Shown here: positions 1-11,200 of the stretch, piece after piece
Position numbering within the stretch: position 1 is the first letter of the stretch
How the letters are laid out: every line of letters begins with the position of its first letter
DNA from: Vicugna vicugna
Taxonomy: Eukaryota
DNA length: 64,000 nucleotides
Assembly: GCA_013265495.1 (NCBI GenBank)
Contig: MU061298.1
Coordinates: 1,674,001-1,738,000, forward strand
Direction of reading: 5' to 3'
Translations under genes and position numbers: made by a program
The notes under the pieces: model-generated
Databases searched by the model: none
Seen by the model: the letters and a program-made list of their open reading frames with translations, nothing else
What the model was told of the DNA's origin: nothing

Positions 1-885
1 GAATGGCCTTTAAAGTCTCCTACACAACCCTCCACAGTCTTCTCTCTTCCTGTGTTTGCCAGCAGAGGCAGAAGGTCCAGAAAAGGACTTGGAGATCCTA
101 CAGGAGCCACAAAATTTATGGAGCTTGAGTCCCTGATCACTGCACAGAACGGAGGCCTCTCTGAACCCCAGGCTATCTGGACTTGATACGAAGAGAAACA
201 CATTTTCATCGTATAAAGCCACCAAAACTCAGGGCTCGTTTGTGGCCTCATTTAAACTACCCTAACGCACAGTGCTTCACCTTTGACTCACTGCACTCTC
301 CGCAGACCTCACCTCTGTCTGTCCCGAAGAAGACAGGCCACGCAGAGAGCCCTCCGACTTCCTTCTGCTACATCCCTGACCGGCCTATGCATCTTCACCC
401 TTGCTCTCTTCACCCTACTCCCACCAGGTGAATCCATCCACCAATGCCTGATCCCATCCCCCTGTTTCACACCTGCCTTCTGTTAACTATCCTCTGCCTG
501 AAAAATATACATTCAACTCTCCTCTTTCCTTAAATAGAAAAGAGTTCCATCTGGAAGTTGGGTACTTGAGGCAAGTTATCCTCCTCATCATCCCAGGAGT
601 CTGGAGAGACTGCCAGATTCTCCAAGCAGATTCAGGGTCCATGTTTCCTAGGAGCGCCACTGATACAGCCCTTTAGAGGGGAGGCCTATCTGCTGAAATA
701 AGTCTGTAAAAGCGAGCTGTTTATCCATCCCACATCCCCCTAAAGCGGCCAGCCTGTTTGTCTCTGCCCCTTCACTACCACATTTCTGATGAACAGGCAT
801 AAGCTGCTATTTCTGTTTTATCACTCATGGATTCCTTAACCCACGGAAGCCTGGATTCCTCTCCCACTGCTATCCTAATACTTTT

Positions 886-1909
886 CCTTTTTTGTACTGA
901 AGTATATAGTCAGTTTACAATGTGTTAATTTCTGGTGTACAGCATAGTGATTCAGTTATACATATAAATATCCCATTTCATATTCTTTTTCATTATAGGC
1001 TATTACAAGGTATTGAATACAGTTCCCTGTGCTATATAGTAGGACCTTGTTGTTTATCTATTTTATATATAGTAGTTAGTATCTGCAATTTATCCCTCCC
1101 CGCTTTTCCCCTCTGGTGACCACAAGTTTGTTTTCTATGTCTGTGAGTCTCTTCCTGTTTTATACGTAAGCTCACTTCTTATTTTTTAAGATTCCACATA
1201 TAAGTGGTATCATATGGTATTTTTCTTTCTCTTCCTGGCTTACTTCACTTAGTATGACGATCTCCAGGTCCACCCATGTTGCTGCAAATGGCATTATTTT
1301 ATTATTTTTCATGGCTGAGTGATATTTCATTATATATATATACCACATCTTTATCCAATCTTCTGTTGATGGGCATTTAGGTTGCTTCCATGTCTTGGCT
1401 ATTGTATATAGTGCTGCTATGAACACTGTGGGGCATGTATTTTATTTAACTAGATTTTCCTCTGGATACATTCCCAGGAATGGGATTGCTGGAGCATATA
1501 TAGTAACTCTATTTTCAGTTTTTTAAGAAATCTCCATACTGTTTTCCACAGTGGCTGCACCAAACTACATTCCCACCAACAGTGTACAGGGTTCCCTTTT
1601 CTCCACACCCTCTTCAGCATTTATTGTTTGTGGATTTTTTAATAATGGCCATTCTGTCTGGTGTGAGGTGATACCTCACTGTAGTTGTGATTTGTATTTC
1701 TCTAATAGTTAGTGATAGTGAGCATTTTTTCATTTGCCTATTGGCCATGTGTATGTCTTCTTTGGAGAAATGTCTGTTTAGGTCTTCTGCCCATTTTTGG
1801 GTTGGGTTGTCTATTTCATTGTTATTGAGTTGTATGAGCTGTGTGTGTATTCTGGAAATTAAGCCTTTGTCAATTGTGTCACTTGCAAATATTTTCTCCC
1901 ATTCCGCAG
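886..1909 (-). mobile_element. 5'-truncated LINE-1 (3' end of ORF2 plus 3' UTR)
   Basis: ORF 1172-1426 reads MFIAALYTIAKTWKQPKCPSTEDWIKMWYIY..., the L1 ORF2 C-terminus. T-rich tail on the left, flanked by a degenerate target-site duplication. Confidence 0.93.
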
Positions 1910-1932
1910 GCTATCCCTAATATTTTTCATTC

Positions 1933-2110
1933 AAAGGTCACTGATGACCTCCAACTGCCAAGTCCAAGGGTTTTTTCTCAGCTTCTTCTAGCCTAATTTC
2001 TCAGAAGCACCTGACACTTGATCAGCCTCTCTTCTAACAGGTTCTTGCTTAATACTCGCAGCCCTCCTCTCTCCTGGTTCCTTCTGATGCCCGTAAATGG
2101 AGGAATACCA
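1933..2110 (+). mobile_element. L2 fragment
   Basis: aaggtcactgatgacctccaactgccaagtccaa...tgacacttgatcagcctct resembles the recalled L2 ORF2 consensus. Confidence 0.6.
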
Positions 2111-5100
2111 CCTCCCCAGCCTGTATTCTGCTTTCTACGATCTCTTTTCTTTCAAAATCCTCTTGTTTGGCAAATAGGGCTATTACCACTACTAATCATA
2201 ACAATTATTAACACTTATTGAATATGTGTGACAGGTGAGTGCCAAGCACATCACATGCGTTGTCCCACCTCACCCCAACAAGAACGCTCTGGAGTTGGTG
2301 GTGTTATAACCCCACTCGACAGATGAGAAAGTAGAGGCCAAAAGCAGAGTTAAGGAACATGTGCAAGGCCACAGCTGGCAAGAGGCAGAACCAGACAAGG
2401 CCAGTGCTTGCCCAAGGGAAGCCTTCTATTTACATTTGGAAAAGGTCAGCGCAGCCACATTCCCAGAGTGCCCGGCTGGGTGAGTAGAGGCAGCGGCCAG
2501 CCACACGCACCCCGCAGGCACGCCCCTCATGCAGAACAGAGAGCGCAGGAGTGTGCAGGCTCTCCCGGAGCCAGAATTCACACCTTGGCCTCTCTGACGT
2601 CAGAGGCGCCGTGCCCCTCCCCGGTCCTCTGCCCCAACTTGGCAGAGCATTGTGAGAATTAAAACTAAACAGACCACAGATGGATATAAAGCTCTGGGCT
2701 TGGCGTTCAGCACGTAAGACATACATGCTCTAAAGTAGTTACTATGATTGTCATTATTCATATCACCGTTCTCATCCACTTGCAAAGTTTCAACAAGTGA
2801 ATTTATCAAATACTTAATTATCTCTCACCTGCCAAGCCGGATGCTAGATACTGAGGTTACAAAGATGAATAAAACACTGTCCCTGCCTCACTGCATTAAA
2901 AATCTGGCAGGAGAGAAAGCCACACAAACAATGAACTAGAACAAGAAGCCACAAGTGCAGTAACAGAGGTGGTGCAGAGTGCCAGGTGAGCACAGAGTGG
3001 GGAGCATTATGCCAGCTTGGGGCAGGGATGGAAATGAGGGGAGTTTGGTGGCAGCTTCAGAGAGGAAGGGACATTTCCAAGCATCTGGACCATGAGGAGG
3101 GATCATCCAAAGAGGGAAATTGCTTGAACAGAAGCAGCATGCAGGTGGGCAAGGACATGGTGTGTGTGACCTGAAGTTGGCCCTTGGCAATGGGAAGTCA
3201 TTTAAAGCAGTAAAGCAGGGCTATGACGTGGTCAAACCTGGTTTTTAGAAAGAAAGCCCCGACATCTAGAATAATGTTTGGCACACAGTAGGTGCTCAGT
3301 AAACATCTGATGGATGAACAGCTGAACGGAGGAATGCAAGAATGAAGAGCCTGAAGGAAACCTCTTCCCGGCTAAGCACTGAGACATCGCACGTGAATGT
3401 CAACATCCTCCGGGGTGGTGTAAACATGCACGCTCACGCATTTATCATAACCTGCTGGTGGAACAAACTTGGACTTGGAGAATGTTAGCACTGGAGGGAT
3501 CCCTGATGAGGAATTGTTTCTGTCCAATCCTACCAGCCCAGAAGCTGAGGCCCAGAGAAGGAAGCGGCTTGTTGAAGGGACTTGTCTCCAGGCCCAGCCA
3601 CAACTTTGGCTTTTGCATCATGGCTATCCTTGCAGCTGATGCCTACATTTCCCATTTGATCGGGTGCCCCAGTCAGGAACTCTACCTCTGCTGAGCACAC
3701 CCCTCATGTTTCCACCTCATGTCTTGCTTATACATCAGTGCCCCTGCCTGAATGCCTCCCCTTGTGTTCTTTCCAAAGAGTTGCCATCCTTCAAGGCTCT
3801 TTTCCTCCAGGAAGCCTCCCCTGATTACCTTGGCATGAAGTGATCTTCTTCTCCACTTGCATCAGCTCTTGAATACTCCTTATGTGCCAACAACTGTGCT
3901 CAGCAATTTACAGCCTCTGTTACACTTCATCCTTGCAGCAGCCCTGTGAAATAGGGGCCGTTGTTATCTCCCGTTCACAGGAAAGGAAACTGAGGCATCA
4001 TCAATATAGCAAAAGCTAAGAGTACTCCAGAGAGTGGACTAAACACTCTTTATGGATTCCCTCGATTATCCACACAACAGCCCCATTAAGTGGCACTGTG
4101 ACTATAATTTCCACCTGACTGCTGAGAAAACTGAGGCTCAGTGAACTGAACTTGTCCAAGCACCTGCAGAGATGAGGGGCTGGTTCCAGAAGCAAACCCG
4201 GCATTCTGTCTCTAGAGCCCCACTGGCTTCCCAGTGAGGCTGAGGACCTGCCCAGAGTCACCCCAGCACAGGCAGAGCCAGGGAGCCAGCTGCCCTGAGC
4301 ACCCACACTTCATCCCCTGTGCTGGACAGTCTTTCATCACCCCAACTGCCATCCAAACCACACTTGGCTCTTTCCATTTGTTATTAAATAGCACGTTTGT
4401 GCCGGTATTTAACTTCTCTAGCTGGACTGCAAGTGCCTTCTGGACAGAGAATGTGCCTGTGAGCTCTTAGCAACCCTCAGGACTCCAACAAAGTGCCAGC
4501 AACACAGGGGTGTTCACCATTATTTATAACTTGATTGATTAATGAGACAACTCAGCAGCGGGGGTCATCTTGCATTTTCTTGAGAATGGAGAGGTTTGTG
4601 AAAGTCAGCAACTGCAGATTCCATTTACTTTTCAAACCTTATAAAGTAGATCTTACGACAAAAATATTGATCTTATAGTCATGTGCTCAATTAAAAGAAT
4701 ACTGAAATTTATATTTCTCTTGAAGGTGGGTTGCCTTCTTTGAATGCCATCCTTACCCCTAGAACTATCAATTACTTGTTCTATATATACTGCAGATCAA
4801 CTGGTCCATGAAGGCACATTATATCTTAACACTGAGGAATGTTTTTGTTAGGTTTTTGGCCCCCTAGACTCTTGTCGTTATAGCCTAAATCCCATTGCTT
4901 TTATACTGGGCCTGATTTCTTTATGTGAATTTCCTCTCTCACTAACCTAAGAACCTCCTCCCTGAGAACACATTGTAAAGTTCTGAAACAGATTTCTACC
5001 AAAAAAAAATGTAAAGCAAATTTTTCTTCACTGCCAGGCTTTATTTCCCCTGTTCCTATAAGAGGTTAGATGTTTTCTGCAGGTGTCCTCCTCCAAACTC

Positions 5101-5118
5101 CAGCTTTAATCCGGCATG

Positions 5119-5137
5119 TGGTCGCCCCCTATTGGTG
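5119..5137 (-). promoter_or_regulatory. CTCF-like motif
   Basis: Minus strand reads CACCAATAGGGGGCGACCA, close to the core CCA(G/C)(C/T)AGGGGGCG. Confidence 0.6.
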
Positions 5138-5482
5138 ACAAGTGGAGAGTGACTTGCTCAGGAAGGTTAGGGCAGAAAGTATCTTGCCTTGAAAATTTCC
5201 CGATGCCTTTGCAGCTGAGGTTTTGTTTGCAAGAGTAAATGTGCCAGCCCAAAACAGACATATTGTACTTACCGAAATAAAAAGCTTCCCTGCAATTCTC
5301 AGACCCCTCCAGGACTACCTGTACAACTTTTACATTCTTTTTCTCATACCTAATCCTACGGTCTTTCTCTCAGAGCTGCTCCTGAGGAATTGTTTTGTTC
5401 ATCTTTGTATCCTCTGCACATAGCACAGGTCTTGAGACACAGTGAGTACTCCAGAAAAGTTTGTTAAATATAGAAAATAGTT

Positions 5483-5700
5483 AACCAACAAGGGACTACT
5501 GTGTAGCACAGAGCACTATATTCAATATCTTGTAATAACCTATAATGGAAAAAAATCTGAAAAAGAATAGATTTTTATATACATGTACAACTGAATCACT
5601 TTGCTGTACACCTGAAACACTGTAAATCAACTATACTTCAATTTTAAAATGAACAAAAAAGAAATTAAAACAGGAAAAAAAACCAAAAAAAAGGAAAGAA
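5483..5700 (+). mobile_element. Short LINE-1 3' end with A-rich tail
   Basis: caacaagggactactgtgtagcacag...gaatcactttgctgtacacctgaaac...aactatacttcaat is the reverse-complement homologue of 890-1080. Possible TSD agaaaatagtt (5472-5482) / agaaaaaagtt (5697-5707). Confidence 0.88.
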
Positions 5701-6337
5701 AAAGTTCATTAAAAACAGGAGTGGATAAATTAATGGAAGCATGAGAGGATGGGAGAAAGGGAGGGAGGGAGGGAGGGAAGATATTCTCTAGGCCCCTCAG
5801 TTCATGGTGAACTACAGAGGACGCACTGGGCTTATAGAGTCATTCAGTCATTACCAAGGGCTTCAGAACTTTCCCCAGCAGATTTTAAAAGCAGGATAAA
5901 ACCTTTTTCCCTTTCTCCCTTTCTCCTGTGGCTGAGTGGATAAAAGCCTGGTATTGTTTAAAGTGTGGTCATTAGGGTCTCAGACTCACAAGCTGTATTT
6001 TTCACATTTTTCCTTGAGTTTCTCGGTAATTACAGGGCAGCTGAGGTCTTTTCTCTTTTCTAGAAGGCAGAGTCGTGGCGACTAGCCCTGCAGAGCTGTG
6101 GTGAACATCTGCAGGTTGGACTATTCAGCACCAACCTCCCTTTCCATTAGGGGGATGCCTGCTGGGGGAGCCCAGGCGGAGCAACGCCCTGCCTCATCCT
6201 GGCCCCCTGGCAGCCATGATCCTCGCAAGGAACCCAAGATTCGCCAGCTGAACACTCTTGCTTAAATTATTTCTCCTCCCAAGTCTCAGACTTTTCATCT
6301 GTACAGTGAGAATAACAATAATAAGGCCTAACCCATG

Positions 6338-6420
6338 TATAGGATAGAAGCATTTGAAATTGTTAATATTTAACCATTCAGACCTGTAGAAATGACAATT
6401 CCATATGGTGCAACAAAATA
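6338..6420. mobile_element. MADE2-like mariner MITE
   Basis: About 80 bp with decayed terminal inverted repeats (...tttgaaattg... / ...caattccatatggtgcaacaaaata), inside MIR-like sequence; matches the recalled MADE2 consensus. Confidence 0.6.
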
Positions 6421-9400
6421 CTTAGGATTAAATAAAATTATCCACAGAAAGTGTTTACCACAGTGCCTGGCATGGAGAGATCAGTAAATCTGTCCCCAGA
6501 CTAAGTTCCAGCAGAAGTTTTGCAAACTTCACACACTTAGGACATTGGAAATAAACGTCAACAGTTCTTGGATAGAAAGGGAAGAGGTGATGAGCTCACA
6601 GACATAGAGAGAATGCAAATGATTTTTTCAGTTAACAGTATCTCTCATGCACCTGCTCTGTGCCAACCACTCTGCTAGCTGCTGGGGATGCTGACAAGAG
6701 CCCGACAGACCCCTGGGGACCCTGAGAGAGAGACATCAGACTTGTATTCAGCACTGTTAACTGCAGATGAAGAGGAAAGTCACTTATGTGTGTTCTCCCA
6801 CTTCATTCTCACAAAGCCATGAGATGGGAACTAGTTGTATGTGTAAATGAGAGAACTAGGTTGAGAGTTTAGCAAACGTCCAAAGACAACAGCCAGTAGA
6901 GGATGAAACTAGATCTAGAATCCAGATAAGCTAACCAGGGTGCTCAACGGTCACAATATGTCAGCACGGTGGGCTGGAAGCTTTCCTGAGGGCCACCAGA
7001 GCTCTGAGGCCTCCTTCTCAACCCCCTTGCTTCTCCTGGCCCCATCCCCACCTCACCTCTTCTAAACATCTGATTGGGTAAAACACTGCCCAATCCACAC
7101 CAAAGGGTTTGGTACCTAAATCAGAGACTCCTAGTAATTCTGAGTCCAGGAGACAAAACAGCATCAGTCTGGCAGGACTTCCTGGAGATCTGCGGGAAGC
7201 CTTCTGGCCCCATGTATTTTTTAGCCTCTCCAGCTTGAGCTGGTTTTAGAATTTTCATGTCTTGTCTTCATTTCCATCCAATGGGGTCCCAAGACCCCCA
7301 GTCAAAGTTGTCTTATAGTTATAACCAAATGCCTGAGGCGTGGAGAAGTTATTGGCCCTGGGTGCCCTGCCATTGCACGCTGCCCCTCTGTTACCTCTTC
7401 AGCCTTTGCTGTGGCCTTTCTAAAATGGGTGCAGCTGTGGATTCATTAATTTGGTGGGAAAATACCTAATGCCAGCTGTGTCCAAGCAATACCTTAAGGG
7501 TACAGAAGTTGCTGGTGCCCACCTGTCTCCCCTCGGGCCTTCCCACGTCAGGGTGAGCCGGCCCCCAGACACTCAACATCTGCACCTCTTTGCCTTAGTT
7601 CTTCCTTTGCTTTTGTTTGTTTTCTAATGGAGGAAAACTGCTCTGCCTGCTACAAGGCAGGACAGACAAGTCCTAGAACCCATACTCTAGGGGGCTGCAC
7701 TCCACTGGGGGTCTGTGGGAGCTGGTGTATGAATGCTGCAACTCCCAGGCTCCCGGGGCAGGACAAGCCAGAGGCAGGTATTCTGCACTGGCTCCCAGAG
7801 TCCCCAGTGGGGTCCCATTTCCCACAATAGTAAGGTCACTGATTGAAAACGGATTCTTCCTTTGCTTTCTTTCCTCCCCTGCCTCACCTCCCCACCCCCC
7901 TGCTGGTGCTGGGCACCTCCTAAATAAACTGTCCACACTTTCCGGGTCTTGGAGTCGGCCTCTGGGGAAACCCCAATCAAGGCCAGCTGTACACAGAGCT
8001 CACATCCTGCCCTCGGGGACACACTCAGACGGCAGCCACTTGCTGTGCCTCCAAATCACTCTTCTCTGATTATTTATTCAACAGTTATTAAGGGAAGCTT
8101 GTGATTTCCTATGGATAAATGTTATGAATAAATACTGCTTTCCTACGAATAAATACTATTTACAGAAACAACTTAATTACTAGTTCTTGTCTACTGGCTG
8201 AAGCCGACTCAACGTTCAGGAAAATTGGAAAAAATTTCCCACCTTTCAGAATTCTGGTTCTGTCTTCAGTTTTCTTTGCTGCCTTCCTGAAGTGGAGTTC
8301 TCAAGGAGGTGCTTTAAAGGATTTCTAAATTTAGCTGATAAAATGGTCATAAGTTCCCAGTAAAGAGCACTAACCATGTATTCACTCTACGGTTTTCAGA
8401 ACTTCATCAGACTGTGACCAACTGTGGATTTCACAAAAACTCAACGGAGATTGGCCGGGGCTAGCAAGGAGCATTTTTCACTCCCAATGACGGATGCCAT
8501 CTCCCTCAGGCGGAGCAGCACCAATTTCTATTTGGCCAATTTAGTCCAATGATGTCTTAATCCCCTGTACAGATCGGCATCCTGGCTGGCTGCTGCCTGG
8601 CCTGCCCATTCGTTCACCTCCGCCCATCCCCACGGCGCTCTGCCTGCACTGTCTTCTCTTCGGCGCCCTTACTTCTCGGCATTAAGAGACTCTGAAGACA
8701 GCAGAAGTTTTGAAGCGCCAGGGCCAGATGCTAAGGTGAGTCCCACTGCACGTCACTGAGACTTAGGACATGGCTTCTGCACTGCCTTCCTCTCCACCCC
8801 ACCAGTACTCCTTCCCCAGACCCTGGGTGGGAGCTATCCTGCTGCCAGAACAATCTGAGAGTCACAGTGATGGGGAGAACCCCAGGATGTGAACAGTCCT
8901 GCTGAGGCTTCCGAGCAAGAAGGCACATAGGAGACTCTGCCTGCAGCAGGTTCTTGAGGAGTTACTGAGCGTTTCTGACTCTTTTTTCTAGACAACTGAG
9001 AGAAGTGGGTGAAACACTGACTCAATGTGACCTGACAATTATTCATGGAGAGTCTACTGTGCCTCAGCACCACGTGAGAAGCCATGCAGGGGGAAGGATG
9101 CTGAAGATGTATAAGATGTGGTCTGTGCATTTGAGGCATTTATAGGCTTCCTACCAAGGAAATGATTTAAATGCAATTACACAATTAATTTTAACTAATT
9201 AATTAAAATCTAATCAACTTAATTTAATTAGAATTTAATTAAGTTAATTGAAATGAATTAACAGCCTGAATCTAATGGTGGTAGTACAGACCACTGGTCC
9301 AACCTTTGGAGAGGGAGGGGCAATGTGGAGAGGACAAGAGATAACTTTGATTAAGCACCTAATACTTACTATGTAATTCACAGTCAGCTTCTCAGTCAAC

Positions 9401-9804
9401 CATTCAACCATCTTATGAGGCAGAAATTATCATTATTACCATTCTTATGATTATTATTTCCATTTCACAAATGAGGAAGCCAGAGGCTCAAAAAGAGCAA
9501 TTTGGTTACACAGTTATGGAGGGGGCCGAGCTGGGATTCAAGCCCATGTCTGTCAAATTCTAGGTCTTGTGTTCTTCAGTATTACATCCAACCCAGGGTT
9601 AGAAGGAGTTCATTTGGATTAATGTAGTGAGAGAAGTCCTCAAGGGACACGAAGGATTTGAACTGGATGTGAGAGTTGGGGAGGATTTGGATGGGCAGAG
9701 AGGAAGAGGGAAGTCACTTTGAGTGTGCGAAGCAATACAAAGGTGATGTTTCATAGGATGTTCAGCACCTAGAATAGAGTCTGGTACATGGAAAACTGTA
9801 GGCT

Positions 9805-9967
9805 GTGTGGGTGGGTGGATGGATGGACAGGTGGGGGGGTGGGCAGATGGAGGGGGAACTGGATGAGTAGGTGGGAAGGAGGATGAGTGCATGAACAGGC
9901 GGGTCAGGAGGTGGATGGATGAAGGAAGGGATGAATGGAAGGGTGGGCAGACGGGTGGATGGATGGA
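9805..9967 (+). repeat. Degenerate (GGAT/GGGT/GGAA)n purine-rich simple repeat
   Basis: Visible repeats gtgggtgggtggatggatggacagg...ggtggatggatggaaaa. Confidence 0.85.
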
Positions 9968-10184
9968 AAATGCCACTACATGAAAGGCATGATGGTCACT
10001 TGCAAAACATGAACACAGAAATAGGAATTATTTTTAATAAGCATATCAAGATTTGAACTTGAGAACTAGTATTGTCTCTCAAATGTATCAGCCTAGAGAG
10101 CCTGTAAACATATTGCCAGGAGGGTTCCACCTGCCTTAAGAGTCAAGATAGTTAAGATCAAAAGTAGTTTAGGTAGTTAAGATC

Positions 10185-10375
10185 AAAGACCTTGATTTCA
10201 ATGTGTATTTCACTATTTCCTAGCTGTGTGACTTTGGGAAAGTTTCTTAACTTCTCTGGGCCTTGGCTTCTTCGACTATATAATGAGAATAATACCTTAC
10301 AGTATTCTTCAAAAGAATAAATGAACCAATGCATGTAAAGCTGTTAACATAGTGCATGGCATTCAATAAAAGTTA
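10185..10375 (+). mobile_element. MIR SINE
   Basis: MIR core cctagctgtgtgactttgggaaagtttcttaacttctctgggccttggcttcttc...aatgagaataatacc. Confidence 0.8.
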
Positions 10376-10709
10376 AGTAAACCTCCAACATAAATACCAT
10401 GGGGCTAATTAACCTGGGGCTTTTTTGTGGCCAGGAGCCTACCTGACAAGCAAGATCTATCATTTATTAAACCACTTTCAGGGAGACAGAAGCAGCCTAG
10501 ATTGAAGCATGCTAATTAAGGCTTCTAAATAAACACCGTGACAGGCCAGAAACCAGAATTAAGAGCCACCAAGCTTCTAAAATCTAAAAGATACTTGGGC
10601 AGCACAGGGACTTTAAACACAGAGATTTCTGGATAGAGTCATTTTGCAATCTGAGCGCACTTACTGTTTACTTAATGAAAATCAGGGGGTTATGGTTGGG
10701 AAAGAATGG

Positions 10710-11200
10710 CGTCCATCCACACGGACCCGGCGGTCTGCGGTCGTCGCAACTAGAGTGCGGCCACAGTGCGGAGGCACCGCGCGATTTACTCACAGCAGCG
10801 GATGTGGACCGTGGCTGAGCCCCTCGGCTTTCCCCGCAAGATCCACCTTTTGGGTTGAGAGCAGGGGCTCCGGCGAAGCGACCCACAATGCCGGGAGGGC
10901 CGGCTGGCCTCCGAGGTCGCTTTTCCCACCCGAGGCCCCGGATGCTCCCGGGAGGGCTCCCCGCGTGGCGCCGCGCTGGCCGGGGGGCGGGGCCGCGCGT
11001 GGACCTCTAGCTTCTCTTACCTTCTAAGGCCTCTGTCTTGGTCCCTGCGGCGCAGGGGATGCTTCTGCCTCACCCCGGGTTCTAGGGTTCGCTCAGTGGT
11101 GTCTTGTTCTTGTGAGAGGAGCGAGGTCAGGCAGGCCTCTGCCTCCCTCCTGGTGACGTCACTCCTCCGTCCACGCCTTTCTCCTCCCCCAGGCCTCCTT
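10710..11200. promoter_or_regulatory. Orphan CpG island with GC box and full CRE
   Basis: About 36 CpG by hand count in 10710-11000; GGGGCGGGGC at 10984-10993; GTGACGTCAC at 11153-11162. Confidence 0.7.

Noticed and set aside
890-5700. Inverted pair of related L1 3' ends about 4.4 kb apart
   Set aside because: These are independent insertions, each with its own candidate TSD. The shared segment is short and there is no evidence of co-transcription.
9599-9976. 125-aa Pro/His/Ser-rich ORF
   Set aside because: It is a translation of the GGAT-type simple repeat.
10149-10187. 14-bp direct repeat TAGTTAAGATCAAA x2
   Set aside because: Most simply a local slippage duplication at the edge of a MIR; no array or spacer structure.
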